Shown here: positions 1 to 14,209 of the stretch, one piece after another
Numbering within the stretch: position 1 is the first letter of the stretch
Layout of the letters: every line of letters starts with the position of its first letter
From: Octopus sinensis
Taxonomy: Eukaryota
Assembly (NCBI RefSeq): GCF_006345805.1
Contig: NC_043009.1
Coordinates: 53,444,001-53,508,000 of the forward strand
DNA: 64,000 bases
Direction: 5' to 3'
Program-made: the position numbers and the translations under genes
Notes under the pieces: model-generated
The model's input: only the letters and a program-made list of their open reading frames with translations
Database searches by the model: none
Told to the model about the DNA's origin: nothing

Positions 1-62
1 TAGATTACACACATTTAATTTGTTTAAATTATACACACGCACATAATTTACACCACAATCTG

Positions 63-286
63 TATCTTTATTACCCACAAGGGGCTAAACATAGAGGGGA
101 CAAACAAGGACAGACAAAAGGATTAAGTCGACCACATGGACCCCAGTGCGTAACTGGTACTTAATTTATCGACCCCGAAAGGATGAAAGGCAAAGTCGAC
201 CTCGGCGGAATTTGAACTCAGAACGTAACGGCAGAGAAATACAGCTACGCATTTCGCCCGGCGTGCTAACGGTTCTGCCAGCTCAC
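63..286 (-). mobile_element. tRNA-derived SINE family A (octopus OR/OK-type)
   Basis: tRNA-like head gagctggcagaa.cgttagcac..gttctgagttcaaattcc (B box) plus conserved ctttcatcctttcggggtcgataaattaagtaccag body. Confidence 0.85.
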
Positions 287-1665
287 GTACATACTCTGAA
301 GACACATACACTTACTATTGTCTATGCACCCTGCCCCAAATATAAGTCACAAATACTCACTCACAAAGAAAACACGCAATCTTTCTTACAAATATAAGCA
401 TACTATGAATATAAACGCAAACCATAAGTTCGTTATGTTTCTTGAGTAACCTCTTCTTTAAAAAACCACTACATGTTAACATTATCTACCATCTTTTAAC
501 CAGACCACCCCCAAATACATGAACTTAATATTTCATTGACTATATGTTATCTAAATTTATTTTTCTCTAAAGCCTCCTCACTGTTCACTGTTCATGTAAT
601 ATTTAAAAATCTTTCACACACCTTCAGCTTCGCATCATCTTTTTATCTTTTAAGTTCTAAATTTTAACATTTTTGATTTTGTCATTTTTCTACATTTTCT
701 ATCGCTTTTTCTTCATTGTTCAGTTCTGTCATTCTTAGCTGCTGCTTTCCCCATCGCTAACTGCTAACTTCTCAAGAATCACTTCCTTCTACCTGTTCAT
801 TCATCCTAACTTAACTTTACTTCTCACCATCCTACCAGGGCGATACTATGGTTCTCTGTTCTAAACTCATACCACATACCTGATATATACCAGTGTCTGT
901 TTGCACGTCTCCATATATTCAAGTAAATTACAATATACAGGTATTTATATAATACACAGACACTAAGTAGAGTAAGTTTACCAACATCACATGGTTTATC
1001 ATAGACAAAACCCTTACAGTCAATAACACTGGTTAACACAGTTTTTGTCCTTGGGTAGCAACTGTTATTTCTTATTTTCTTATTCTTAGGAAATATGAAA
1101 AAAATGTGCTTTGGTTACATTTATTCAAACCCCAAAGAATCTCTCTCAAAGCATGGCTATGATGCTCCCCCATTACTCCTGCTCACGTTTAGTGATGCAA
1201 TATTATCAGGCACTGAGGCACATCTTCAAATGTTTAAGGTCAAGCAACTGAAGGTAAATCTGAGGTGATGAGCAGAACATTTACTATAACGATTTTTCTG
1301 CTTCAATAACTCGGTTCTGAATCTGTCTGAAATGTAATGGAAAATAGGACAGTTTCAAAGCATTGATGTCCAAGCCACAAATGCAAAGTTTGACGGAAAT
1401 AATAGTTACTTCTTTTGAATTCTAGATAGAACCAAACAGGAATTAACACTTACTGAGCAAAGATAAAAAGAAATTAAAACTTTGTTACACAGTGTAATAT
1501 TTTAAGGTTTTGCGTTTAATTTTTTTTATTGGAAGAGGGAAATGATATGAAGAAAACAAGAATCTATCGTGTATGGTACTTAGTATACTTTTTTATAATG
1601 GACTATTGAACGTGTATATAGTGTTTGTTAGCAACAGTGTGTTAGCAATTTATGTGTTAATATAT

Positions 1666-1835
1666 AGGCGTAGGAGTGACTGTATGGTAAGTAGCTTGCT
1701 TACAAACCACATGGTTCCGGGCTCAGTCCCACTGTGTGGTACCTTGGGTAAGTGTCTTCTACTATAGCATTGGGCCTACCAAAGCCTTGTCCGTGGATTT
1801 GGTAGACGGAAACTGAAAGAAGCCTTTCTTATATA

Positions 1836-1882
<47 letters not shown>

Positions 1883-2100
1883 GTGTGTATGTGTTTGTGT
1901 GTCTGTGTTTGCCCCTCAAACTCAGCTTGACAACCGATGCTGGTGTTTTTACGTCCCCGTAACTTAGCGGTTCGGCAAAGGAGACCAATAGAATAAGTAC
2001 TAGGCTTACAAAGAATAAATCCTGGGGTCGATTTGCTCGACTAAAGGCGCTGCTCCAGCATGGCCACAGTGAAATGACTGAAACAAGTAAAAGACTAAAT
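1666..2100 (+). mobile_element. CORE-type tRNA-derived SINE (family B, OR2-like)
   Basis: ggcg.aggagtg.ctgt.tggtaagtagcttgc..caccttggg.aagtgtcttctactatagc (CORE-like), internal TA/CA tract, tail gaaacaagtaaaaga. Confidence 0.8.
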
Positions 2101-3883
2101 GAGTATATGTATAAGAAAAGTAAGCGTAAGAATAGGAAGAATGTTTTGGAATTTGTTTGGAGTCATTCGTCTGGAGCTCAGTGGCACCTTGAAATTTCTA
2201 CAAACACGTTGTTTATCAACCGACTGATCTTACAGGTTAAAGTAAAATGAACATTCAAACCACGGGCCACGATAAATCATTTCTCTTGTCTTCTTATTAT
2301 TTAAATTAATATAAATTACCTTCAGTTATAAACTTTTTCTGCTCATTGTATATGTAATCAAGTTTTCAGTTTACCTCAGCCAAAGTAAAGCGCATGCTGT
2401 GTGGACGTCTCCTACTGCCCACAATCGTCTTCTTGTCTCCAGGCAATTAGACTGCCTTTAAATTTAAATGCTACGTTTATGAAGAATTCTTGGTTCTTGA
2501 GACTATCTCCACTTCTTTTGAAATTGATCATAATTACCACTAGGTATTTGTTTATTTATCTCTCGGAGTGAAAATAATTTCAATCACTCACAAATTTATC
2601 TTGTATGGTATTTAATAAAACTTTATTCTCGTTTATCGTCCATGTTCATACCATTAGCCATTAGACGTCAGTCATTTTAGCTTACTTTATGTGTGTATGT
2701 ATGTGCGTGTGTATGTGTGTGTATGTGCGTGTATGTATGAGTGTTTGTGTGTGTGCGTGCGTGTATGAGTGTTTGTGTGTGAGTGTGTGTGTGTCTGTGA
2801 TGTGTGTATGAGTGGAGAGTGAGAAAGAAATAATCAGAGTGAAAGAGATAGGGGAGAGTCAGGTAGATTAGAATGAGAAGTATTTATATTAGAAGCATGA
2901 TGCTGCAGAAAATCCATTTGGAGCTCATTGTTGTGTTGTAGAATTAAGTGTAATTTCTGATGAGTGGTGGGTTCGGTTAAGTATAAAATTTGATGATTTT
3001 CTTGAGTCAGAGAGATTACAGTGGAAGATATTAAGAAGAGAAACAAATATTGGAGTAATATGGGTTGGTATAAATGTGGTTAAGCGAGGAAGAAGCAGAA
3101 CATAGTTGAGAATGAGAGATGGACGAAGATATGAATTGTACAAAGTAACAGTGTCAACAGACGAGTTTTGATGAAAGAAGCAGACAAAGGAAGATGAAAA
3201 TCGGATAAGTTAGAAGATAAGATATCTTAGAGCGGAAGCAGCGAAAGATGTTGCTTTAAGAGTGTGCGAAGAAATACTAGAGAAATACCAGAGATTGCCG
3301 GTTAAGAGGGTGCACCCTCAAGAGAAGGAAAGACAGGAAGACAGGTATTGGAAGTGATATAAATGATATTTGTAAAGGAAAAAAGATAAGTGTGGACAAA
3401 GAGTAAGTTGAGATTAATGGCGAAAAGATAATCGCAAGTTCAAGCAAGCAGATAAAAATTGCTCCGAGAAGATATTTTAAGTGTGAATTTTTCTATGAAA
3501 AAATTACAATATAATTCCTTTTATCTCTTTATTGTATAATAATAAAAATAAAATATTATGTAAGAATAAAACAACGTAAAGTAAAGGAAATCTAATGTTT
3601 TTGAAATGGATATTTATTGTTTTGGAAATTTTAGAGAAATTTTTCAAATTTTTCAAAGTCAAGCACAGTGTTTAGTACATCGAACAAAATGCTTAGCAGC
3701 ATTTCTACCGGCTCTTTACGTTTGATGTCAATTGGGCTGAAGTCACTTTTGCTTTTTTCATGCTTCCGGGCTCGATAAAATAAGATACCCGTGTAGGAAT
3801 TGGTCCGGTGTAATAGACTTTCTATACCTTCAAAATCTCAGGCCTCCTGACTTTAGGGATTATTATCATTATTGTTATTATTT

Positions 3884-4930
3884 AACTCAGTTTTGTTGGA
3901 GATCCTGTTGTCTTGCGTACGTAGCGAGCTTGCTACCTGCATACTACGATACCATACTATGTGTTCTCCTCAAATTTTTTATACTTTCCTGACGATTCTT
4001 GCCGTGCCAATTAAATAAAACGTTTGTAACCGCTCTATTGAGTACTCTATTCCGGTTTCCTTCATATTCCTCTTGATGTTTTCTGATACTGTCCTCAGGG
4101 ACTCACCAATGATTGGCACAATCTTCATCTGTTCCTCCCGTCTACTCTTCTCCCTGCTTTCAACTCCTACCTCTTTATTTTCGAGTCCGACCATCCTTTG
4201 TATACCATCCGCAGGGTCTCTCAGACTCTCACTAATCCGAGATATTTCTACTCCAGGTAAGTAATCCTTCCTCCTAATCACTCTCCCTTGGTTCATTAGT
4301 TTATTTTCTGACATTGGATACATGTCTTTTTCCATCCAAAATTTCAAGGTACGTCGGCCTACTCCGCGACTTCTTACCAGCTTAGCCCTTTCATGACATG
4401 CAATAAGAGTATCTATTTCTTTATTACCCACAAGGGGCTAACATAGAGGGGACAAACAAGGACAGACACAGGTATTAAGTTGATTATATCAACCCCAGTG
4501 CGTAACTGGTACTTAATTTATCGACCCCGAAAGGATGAAAGGCAAAGTCGACCTCGGCGGAATTTGAATTCACAACGTAACGGCAGGCGAAATACGGCTA
4601 TGCATTTCGCCCAACGTGCTAACGTTTCTGCCAGCTCACCGCCTTATGCAATAAGAGTATCGTATTCTTCCGTCGTCTACTTATGTATGTTTTTGCGCTC
4701 ATTATGTATGTAATCTGTTTTGACATAACGACCGTCCGAGGCCAGATCACTGTCGGTCATGCGGGGGTTTTCGGACGTGCCGGGCAGGAAGCTTTCATCA
4801 TCATCGGCTATACCTTCATTCTCGTCGGCAATTCTTTCCTTGTTGTATGGCATTATGATTTCATGAGTCGCTCGTGGGGTTCCCTCGAGAGTTGTTATTG
4901 AGATCCCATCTCTTTCTTCCTCTCTTTATT
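3884..4930 (-). mobile_element. Internally deleted R4/Dong-like element (ORF N-terminus joined to RLE C-terminus and 3' UTR), interrupted by a SINE
   Basis: With the SINE removed: ..ENEGIADDDESFLPGTSENPRMT..K*TTEEYDTLIACHERAK..WMEKDMYPMSENKLMNQGRVI..VPIIGESLRTVSENIK..GTARIVRKV*, followed by an (AAT)-rich tail. Confidence 0.65.
4413..4645 (-). mobile_element. tRNA-derived SINE (family A) with a 15-bp target-site duplication
   Basis: atgcaataagagtat occurs at 4398-4412 and 4646-4660; body ...gttcaaattccgccgaggtcgactttgcctttcatcctttcggggtcgataaattaagtaccag... Confidence 0.9.
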
Positions 4931-5445
4931 TGTATATACACGTACACATGTATGTACATACACACGTATATATAAATAATGTGCTTGCATTGTGTCACCT
5001 CCACAGTAATTCTCATTACCACTATCGTTCTACCTATAGCATTTGAAATTATTATTAATAACATGCGTCCCGGTATATTGCAACAGATCTTCGTCACTAT
5101 TTATTAATTACTCGGCAAGTGTTCTCCGTTCACTCCTTATATAATGGTCTATAGTAATCAGTTCTCTACCATCATTCTTTCTTTTCATATAGAGTCTGTT
5201 TACGCTTGCAGTTAACACTTAATACTATCTTTTGCGCTCCCTGCATGAATGGTAATCCAGGAGTCATTATTATTATTATATTATTATTATTATATTATTA
5301 TTATTTTTATTATTATTATTATTATTATTATATTATTATTATTATATCAGTAGTTTTATTTTTATAGCGTGCTTTCACTTCACTACCGAGCGCAGCTCTG
5401 TGTGCCTTGGGTATGTGCTGTGATTTGTTGTGATTTGTTGTTGTT

Positions 5446-5476
<31 letters not shown>

Positions 5477-5478
5477 TT

Positions 5479-6024
5479 GAGTGAGAGAGCAGTTCATGCC
5501 ATCAAAGTGACACTGGGGTAAAATATACGAAGCCCAATATACCCATCATGACTACCCGTCTGATAAGGGTACACCAGGCACATACATCACAACCATATGT
5601 GCGCGACATGGTGATCTCATATCAAGATAAACAGCACATGACCTTGCAGGCGGGGCCCAGTTAGAATTTTCTTCAGGTTGAGTAGCCCATCCCGCTCAAA
5701 CGGTCCCTGAATAAGGGTTGTTTAAGGATGTTGAAAAAAACCACTCATGTTTCTAGAGGTGAACTATTCAAACCCCAAAGAATCCCTCTCAACACATGGC
5801 TATGATGCTCCCCCACTACTTCTGCTCGTGATCAGAGATGCACATATCGTCAGCCACTAAGGGACATGCTCAATTGGTTAAGGTCAAACAACTGACAAGC
5901 AAATCTGTGGTATTGAGCAGAATATTTGCTGTAGCCCATCTTTTATACCAAGACAAAACAATGTACATGATAACACTTCCAATCAGTTAAGATCAGAAGC
6001 CATGAGAGCCACTGCCTGCTACTG

Positions 6025-6026
<2 letters not shown>
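5479..6026 (-). mobile_element. About 550-bp non-coding interspersed element with (AAT)n flanks
   Basis: Reverse-complement match to 23596-24149; partial copy at 1121-1290. Confidence 0.75.
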
Positions 6027-6067
<41 letters not shown>

Positions 6068-6071
6068 GTTA

Positions 6072-6136
<65 letters not shown>

Positions 6137-6139
<3 letters not shown>

Positions 6140-6538
6140 TAGTTTTATTTTTATAGCGTGCTTTCACTTCACTACCGAGCGCAACTCTGTGTGCCTTGGG
6201 TATGTGCTGTGATTTGTTGTGATGCTCTGATGGTTATTGTATTGAAAGTGTTCTGCGTAGGATGTGTGCAGTGCCTAGTAGTGCAATTTTCTGTATGTTA
6301 TATGTGTTTGTAAGTCCTGGTGTTTTTGTTATGTATTTGTCTGAATATTTTTTTATCATGCCTAATGTACCTACTATGATAGGAATTGTTTCTGTTTTTA
6401 GATTCCACATTCTGGTTACCTCTATTTCCAGGTCTTTGTATTTTGAGTTTCTCCATTTCTTTTAGAGACACGTTGTCATCAGCCGGTATTGATACATCAA
6501 TTAGAAAGCATTTTTTTTTCTTCATGATCTTTGACAAC

Positions 6539-6539
<1 letters not shown>
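6137..6539 (-). mobile_element. R4/Dong-like 3' fragment (RLE C-terminus + 3' UTR); a shorter 3'-UTR copy lies at 5348-5440
   Basis: CFLIDVSIPADDNVSLKEMEKL..KDLEIEVTRMWNLKTETIPIIVGTLG..LLGTAHILR; embedded in (ATT)n. Confidence 0.85.
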
Positions 6540-6600
<61 letters not shown>

Positions 6601-8529
6601 GACGTTATTATTATTATTATTATTATTTATTATTATTATTATTATTATATTATTATTATTATTATTATTATATACTTTTTTTTTTCTTCTTTCAAATTTT
6701 CTTCCATTTCTTGCCGAGTGTCTTCCCGACTCCTAGGGCAAAGAAGAAACTATAGTGTATATTGGTAGGCCATTAAACCAAACTCAGAAGTTCGTTCATT
6801 TTTTTTTTTTTTTTTTTTTAAGTTAGATTAAAATTATTATTATTATTATTTTATTGTTATATTATTATTATTATTATTATTATATTATTATTATTATTTA
6901 TTATTTATTATATTATTATTATTATTATTATCATTATTGTTATTGTTATTATTATTATTTTATATTATTATATTATTATTATTATTATTATTATATTATT
7001 ATTATATTAGGTGGTGAGCTTGCAGAATAATTAGCACATCGGATAAATGCTTAGCGTCATTTCTCCATCTTCAGGTTTTGCATTCAAATTCAACGGTGGC
7101 CCACTTTGTGGATAAAATAAGTACCATATAATTACTGGGGCTGATACAATCAAACTCTTCCTTTCCCGAAATTGCAGGCCTTGTGTCAAAATTTGAAATT
7201 ATTATTATCATTAAAGCGGTGACTTTTTAGGGAGACAGACAAGAATGCTTCCTGGCATTCTGAATTTTAAATTCTGCCGTGGTCGGCTTCGCCGTTCATT
7301 CAATAGGAGTCTATAAAAGTACGTAAACGACCCTCCAATTACTTTAAATTCATTTCCAAGTGTAGAAGAAAAATAAGAACATCTTTTACAGATGTGATTG
7401 TTTAAGAAAAGTTCTCTGCATATATAATTGATACATATATTATTGTTGCGTAATTTATGAATTATGGGAATATAAAACTAAATACAAATATATATTAATT
7501 ATGTAGTTTATTTCTTACATAGAAACAAGGCTTATGTTTGACCCCTTAGATATGTATAAACAGCATACATGCTCATTTCTCTTGTTTATTGGTACATTTG
7601 ATGCTAAACTCTTTCGATATTTCCCCGAAGATTGCGGACAAAATATATTACAACTAATAGTCTTAACATTTTAGTTGCAATATTGATTGTAACTCTCAAT
7701 GAATAATTCCGAAATTGTCGATAATATGCAAAATATTTCCGAATATACCAGCTTTTTTAGAAAATAAAATTATTTGTATTTTAGTAATAAACCAATATTT
7801 ATAACGTATATGGTGTAAATGATTTAGAGATAGGATCAAGAATCGACACCCACTTATACGATAGTGCGCGTTGAAACAACAACAAATCGATTACAAAAAT
7901 GCACACCAGAGATCGATCACACACACACACACACGTATTTCAGAATATTCCAGTAACGCCATCCAAACTATGCCGGTATTAAGTTTGGCCCCAGAGTCAT
8001 AGTACGTTCCTTTAAAAAACTGAGCATACAACATATAACAACATAACAACTCGGCATTTATACTTCAACTGGTTCTGGCTCATTCCATGATATTGAAAAT
8101 GAAAGTAAAGAAGAAAGTAAACAACAAAAAGCAACATTTAAATGGTTCAAATTTCCCCCAAGTAATACCAGAAAACCCATTGACTCCCAGATATATTTCG
8201 GCAAACAACTCCCACCTTGAGTTATCTATGATGCCCTAAAATATGAATTAAATGACAATTCCAGGTGGTGCTATAAATTTTGACCTGGCCCGAGCCAATA
8301 ATGGCTAAACCCTATCTTCGTCATCTAATCAATAACCAAGGTCTTCTTGTAACTACGACATTCGATTCTGTGGACTGCAGGGAAATGGGGTCGTAATTTC
8401 TAACGCAGGAACAAGCTGTTAATATTTGGAACCAGGAAATAAAGCAGACAATGCGTTCTGTTTAGCTCTTAAGACTCGGCTAACCGATGGAGATTTTGGT
8501 AAAAAGAATACTACTATTCATAATATCAA

Positions 8530-8597
<68 letters not shown>

Positions 8598-8729
8598 ATA
8601 ATAATAATAATAATTTCAATTTTGACGGAAGGCCAGAAAAATTTGGGATTGGGGATAAAACGACTACATCGATGCTAGTGTTAACCTGGTTCTTATTAAT
8701 AATAGACAGTGCACGGAGCCTTCCAAAAT

Positions 8730-9769
8730 AAGAGTGATACCGGTAGGTTGTAGTTGTACAGAAGAAAGGTTTGGGGACGTTTGATCAGTTACCAGGATTG
8801 AATCGATGCAGAGAAAGACAATGTAGGGTTGTATGTAGAAAATAATGTTGAACATGTGTAGAAACATGTGCAGAAAGCCGGCGTCATTAAAACTGAAAAT
8901 GTGTTTAGAAGAAAAATTTATAGAAGAAAAGAACACACACAAAAAAATAAAAGAAACAACATGGAAGGAGAAAAATCTGGACGGTCAGTTTGCAAGAGAT
9001 ACGAATGCCAAGACTGGTACAGAAGACCGATGGCTATGGATGAGGAAGAGTGACCTAAAGATAGAAACAGAAGCACTTATATGCGCAGCTCAAGAGCAAG
9101 CGTTAAAGACTATGTGAAGTCCAGAATCGACAACACTACCGACAGCGACAAATGCAGAATGTGTGGCGAGAGGAGTGAAACGGTATGGCACATCGTGAGC
9201 GAATACCCGAAATTTGGCACAACTCGAATACAAAAGACGATATGAGAATGTGGTAAGAATGATCCATTGTGAGCTTTGTGGAAGTCATGGTTTCCTAAGA
9301 GCAACGACGTGGTATGATCAAGCCCCAGAAGGAGTCACTGAGAATGAAGATTGTAAAATCTTGAGGGATGCAATGATTCAGTGCGATCGCCTGTCCAATA
9401 TAATCGACATACCATGTCCCGGTGACAACAGGATCAAAGAGAAAGAAGAAAAATTGAACAATTACGGTGATTTGAAGTGGGAAATACGAAGGTTGTGGTC
9501 AGGGAAGAGAATAGACGTGATACCAATAGTAATTTGTCAACTTGGAAGTATCAGCATTCAACTACCAATATGGCTCAAAAAGATTGGAACAAACGAAAAG
9601 GTAGAACAACCACAAAAATCAGCATTGCTTGGAACTTCAAAAATTCTTCCCAAATTACTTGAAGCATGACCAATAAACAAGTGTCACCTTAGTCTGCTGG
9701 CTGTGGACAGCTGACATTTTCCATCATACCCAGCAAAATAAGCTCAGATTTTTCACCAAACAACAAAAA

Positions 9770-9770
<1 letters not shown>
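8730..9770 (+). mobile_element. Decayed R4/Dong-like 3' fragment
   Basis: WLWMRKSDLKIETEALICAAQEQAL, KCRMC, ELCGSHG..WYDQAPEGVTENEDCKILRD, KYGDLKWEI-like, LLGTSKIL; (CTA)n tracts at 8531-8597 and 9771-9832. Confidence 0.85.
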
Positions 9771-9833
<63 letters not shown>

Positions 9834-10296
9834 AGCGACAACAGTTTCTTCGACATGGGATTGGAGAACAGAAAAATTACAGAAAGAAACACTGTCGCTT
9901 TATAACCATGAAAATGAATACATTTCTCTTTCTATGAGATTGTTCATTTAACCCATAGCTTATTGCATGCATAATACAGGTGGAACTCATAATTGATACC
10001 CGAAAACTAGAGAACGGCAGATGATTTCTGAAAGCATTTGAAATTAAAAAAGTAGTTCTAGACATTATAAGCTCTAATTTAATAAAGAAATATAAAATAC
10101 ACCTACTGACATAACTGGTATCAAATATTTATCGCTTTTAGTATCCCTGCTTACGTTTTCATTCTCAGAGTGACTGTATAATCTGTATTGTTACTTTATG
10201 TTGAGAACCTTATCAAGTAATTTCCTGAAGAAAACGTCGAATCGCGGTGAGGTACCTCACTATGTTGGACATTTCTTATGTACGACATTCTGTTCG

Positions 10297-10334
<38 letters not shown>

Positions 10335-10800
10335 GTGTGTGTGTAGGGAATATAATAATGCAAATTATACATTAGTCAATTATTTTGAAAACTCTCATAT
10401 TAACAAAACGACTTTTATTAGTTACAATTGATATTTATACTTAATTTATTTTATGCAGTTTTAGAATTTCCAGGGTAGAGACTGAAGCAAGGAATCATCC
10501 TCTCAACGTACGAAAAAGACGAAAAAGGGAGAGGAAGTGCATGCCCAATGAACGGGGATGTTACGGCTGGAACACATTTGGTCATTCGTATCATAAACCA
10601 GGGATGATTAGGGCTTAACAGGATCAACATCAGCAATGCAACAATAATAGAATTCTTCAATAAAAAAAAAAAAAAAAACAAATTACACATGATAATGGCT
10701 ACTAAATTTCTGCTGGATGAATATGTACGGCATTGTAAATGACTGTACTGATATACAAAACAATAATTAAAATTGGAAAACAGTATAAAGCAACACTCAC

Positions 10801-10995
10801 CAGTCCGCCTATAGATCGCATCCCCATACTGCCTGACAGGGCGTTTATGCTAGCTACTGTAAAGTACCCCTGGAGCGCCTCAGTTAGTTGATCTTCTGAG
10901 CAGTTGGTATCGTTTTTTGCTCTCCACCACTCTGGTGTGTAGCCTCCGTTTAACATCCAGACATGGCGTCTTCCATACAGTTTCAGTCTGTAAGC
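10801..10995 (-). CDS. Next coding exon of the same GABA-B receptor-like gene; 65 aa AYRLKLYGRRHVWMLNGGYTPEWWRAKNDTNCSEDQLTEALQGYFTVASINALSGSMGMRSIGGL
   Basis: tttgaatctttag|GCTTACAGA...GGCGGACTG|gtgagt; 195 nt, phase 0-0. Continues ...VICE-AYRL..YG...W......WW......C...L..A..G as in GABA-B subunits (closest in feel to R2/invertebrate R3). Subunit identity cannot be fixed from two exons. Confidence 0.9.
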
Positions 10996-11436
10996 CTAAA
11001 GATTCAAAATACAATTGTGAAACAAAATAAATTACCATAAGATAAGGCTGATTATTTGTTGAAAATTTGTGAATAGTTAGGGTTTAAGTAACGAGAATAT
11101 CACCTAGCTGTTCTTATATTAAACCTCTGAAGATCGCCCATGGCTCTATTTTATATGCATTTCCTGTTTTGAAGTCATCTAACTTAAAATAGGCCGTCAA
11201 AATGTAATGCATAGGTGTAATTTCATTCACTCATACTTTTCGTGTTTGTAGGGTTGTTTCAAGTTTAGCAATTAATAATGTACACTATATCCTTTTTGTT
11301 GTTATTGTTGTTGTTGTGGTGATGGTGGTTGTGGTTGTGGTGGTGTTGTTGCTGTTGCTATTAACGTTGTTGCTGCTCTCGTTATAATTGGTATTGCTTT
11401 TTTTTTTGGTCGCCGTTGTTATTAGTAATGCTGTTA

Positions 11437-11930
11437 AGGTGGCGAGCAGGCAGAATCGTTAGCACGCCGGGCGAAATGCTTATATGTATTTCGACTGTCA
11501 CTACGTTCTGAGTTCAAATTCCGCCGAGGTCGACTTTGCCTTTTATCCTTTCGGAGTCGATTAGATATGACCAGTTACGCACTGGGATCTATGAAATCAA
11601 CTTAATCCCTTCCTCTAAAATTTGAGGTCTAGTGTTTTCAGTAGAAAGAGTTATTATTACTGTTGCTTTTGTTGTTGCTGTTCTTAGTATTAGTAATTCT
11701 ATTAAGGCAGCGAACTGGCAGAATCGTTAGCAAGCCGAGCGTAATGCTAGGCGGCATTTAGTCCGTCTTTATGTTCTGAATTCTAATTCCTCTGAGGTCG
11801 ACTTTGCCCTTCATCATTTTGGCGTTGATAAAAATAAGTACCAGTGAAAGACTGGGGTCGATTTAATCGACTAGCCCCCTCCCTCCTCCACAAGATTTCA
11901 GGCCTAGTGGCTGTTGTAGAAAGGATTATT
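11437..11930 (+). mobile_element. Two tandem SINE family A copies
   Basis: Heads at about 11437 and about 11703, same body motif. Confidence 0.8.
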
Positions 11931-13976
11931 AGTAATGTTATTCTGTTATTGCTGTTACTGTTGTGTGTTACTACCGCTGTTGCTATTGCTTGTTTTCCTC
12001 GTAGTTGTTGCTGCAGTTGCAGCAATTGCTGTTGCGGTGCTGTTTTACAGCCCACGGTCAGTGCTGATCAGGGAAAATTAAGATAAAAATTGCCATCTTT
12101 TATTGGGACGCAAAAGACATAATTAGAACAGTGTATCTAGTTCTAAATAAACTCACATGTCCTTCCTTTGAAAGAGAGTTAGACGTAACATACAAGGGAA
12201 ATTATAGCTGCTATCTCTACAATGACCTAAGGTTTTATTCGATGATTAATTAGGCGAGCCATATGTAGCACTGAGAGGGTTTGCTGGATAAAATGTATTG
12301 GCTATTCGTTCTCTAAAATAGAGCAGCGCGTACAAAATCTGTTCTTTGACTGATGTTTCAGACTACCAGGAAAACTGGAAGACTCGTCTTGGAAGATAGC
12401 TCTATTTCTAGTAAAATCATATGAAGTAGAGAAGCTTGCTTTGCTTCCAAGTGGTCTCGGTTACAGTCTGACTGCATAGCACCTTTGGTAAATGTCTTCT
12501 GCCATAGGCCCTAGCCGATTGATGCCTTGTGAATGAGTTTAGCAGACAGCAACTGCGTGCAAAGTCGCAGTATATGAATATATATACTGTGGGTTAACCA
12601 AATAAGATCATTTCTTAATCTCACGTTTATACGTCGCTGCTTGTGAATTTCTTTTGAGTGGCTTATATGTTTCACAGCACTGAGCTCACTTTTCAACGCA
12701 GTTAGTTATAACACCAGTGGCACAATGGAGGTTGAAAAGACCAGAAACGAACTACACGTCAGGCCTTTTCATACGAGTTTACTGTCTCCTAGGAGGAAGT
12801 CCAAACGGTCCAAACGATTACAAGGCGTCCTTCACTCCCATTTGTCAAGAATCTCTCACTCTTCCATGTTGGATGATCTATGACTCCACTGAGTTCATGG
12901 GTGTTTTGAATGATTTCGTTTTTCGTTCTGCAAGGTGTCCAACAAAAAATCATCCTCGTCACTAAGCAGGACTTGTAGGGTTGCTGGTTTGGTTACCGGC
13001 GGCCGACCACGACAATTCTTACTGCGTTAGATGCACTGGGTCACCAGTAGCACTTATAGTGGCCCCTCTCTCTCTCTCTCTCTCTCTCTGACATTACACA
13101 AATACACTTACACACACACAAAGAGTCACACACACGCACAGACACTCATACATATATACATATATATATATATATTATATAATACATACATATATCTATG
13201 TGAGGATGGGATGAGTGTGTGTATGTGCGTATGTGTATGACTTTGGGGCCTGAATTTGTATCACTTTACAACCGTTTAATGCCGTTTACAACCGATGTGT
13301 TTTCATCCCTATAACCTAGAGGTTCAGCAAAAGACAGCGATATAATATGTTCCAGATTTAAAAAAAAGAACTAGAGTCGGTTTGTTTGACTAAACTCCTC
13401 AAGACGGTGCCCCAGCATGACCGCAGTCCAATGACTGGATTAATAATATGGCAAAAGACCACTTATGTTTGGCATAACAGTACATTGCGACGATGCATCT
13501 ACGCCTGCATAACATTTCGTCTTGAGGTAATGTGAGAGCAAATTAACATTAAACACATAATCTGTATCCAAGGTATACTGCTGAGAACATTCCAATACCA
13601 CACCGCATGCTAACAATGCACTCAACGATTATAGAGATTTATAGTAGCACATAGGGCTATATTCTAGTTTCCAATGACAGCTTTGTGCGTCGATGATGGT
13701 AATTTGCAGATACTTACAGCTAAATAGGCAAGCAAATATAGATAGTTAGGGAATTTGCAATGACTGTTATTGATATAGCATTACGAAACAAAAGTTGTAT
13801 TTTAGTGTTCCGTTATTCGACACCCTGTTACTTCAAATAATTCGGTTCCCGCCTCATTTAAGACAATTGAAATTTAATATTATTTATTTATATATTTATT
13901 TGATTATCTCGTACATTTAGTACGGAAAGGAGTCCATTACTGAGATGACTGATGGGTCCCATACATACATCCCTTC

Positions 13977-14066
<90 letters not shown>

Positions 14067-14209
14067 TGTATGTATGTATGACTGTATGTATGTATGTATG
14101 TATATATGTATGTATGTATGTATAAATAAGGATAAGATCGTTATTTAAACACCGATCTTAACAGGTGGCCAGCATGGGAATAAAAACCTTCAAAGGTAAT
14201 AATAATTAT

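Noticed and set aside
500-1000. Possible very old LINE coding relic (also 2820-3300)
   Set aside because: Only scattered motif-like words (e.g. EPTTH..LHLIL); too decayed to support by eye.
7935-8010. Possible downstream GABA-B exon (TYYDSGAKLNTGIVWM)
   Set aside because: Wrong phase to follow the 10801 exon (the phase-0 frame has a stop), no good donor and only vague similarity.
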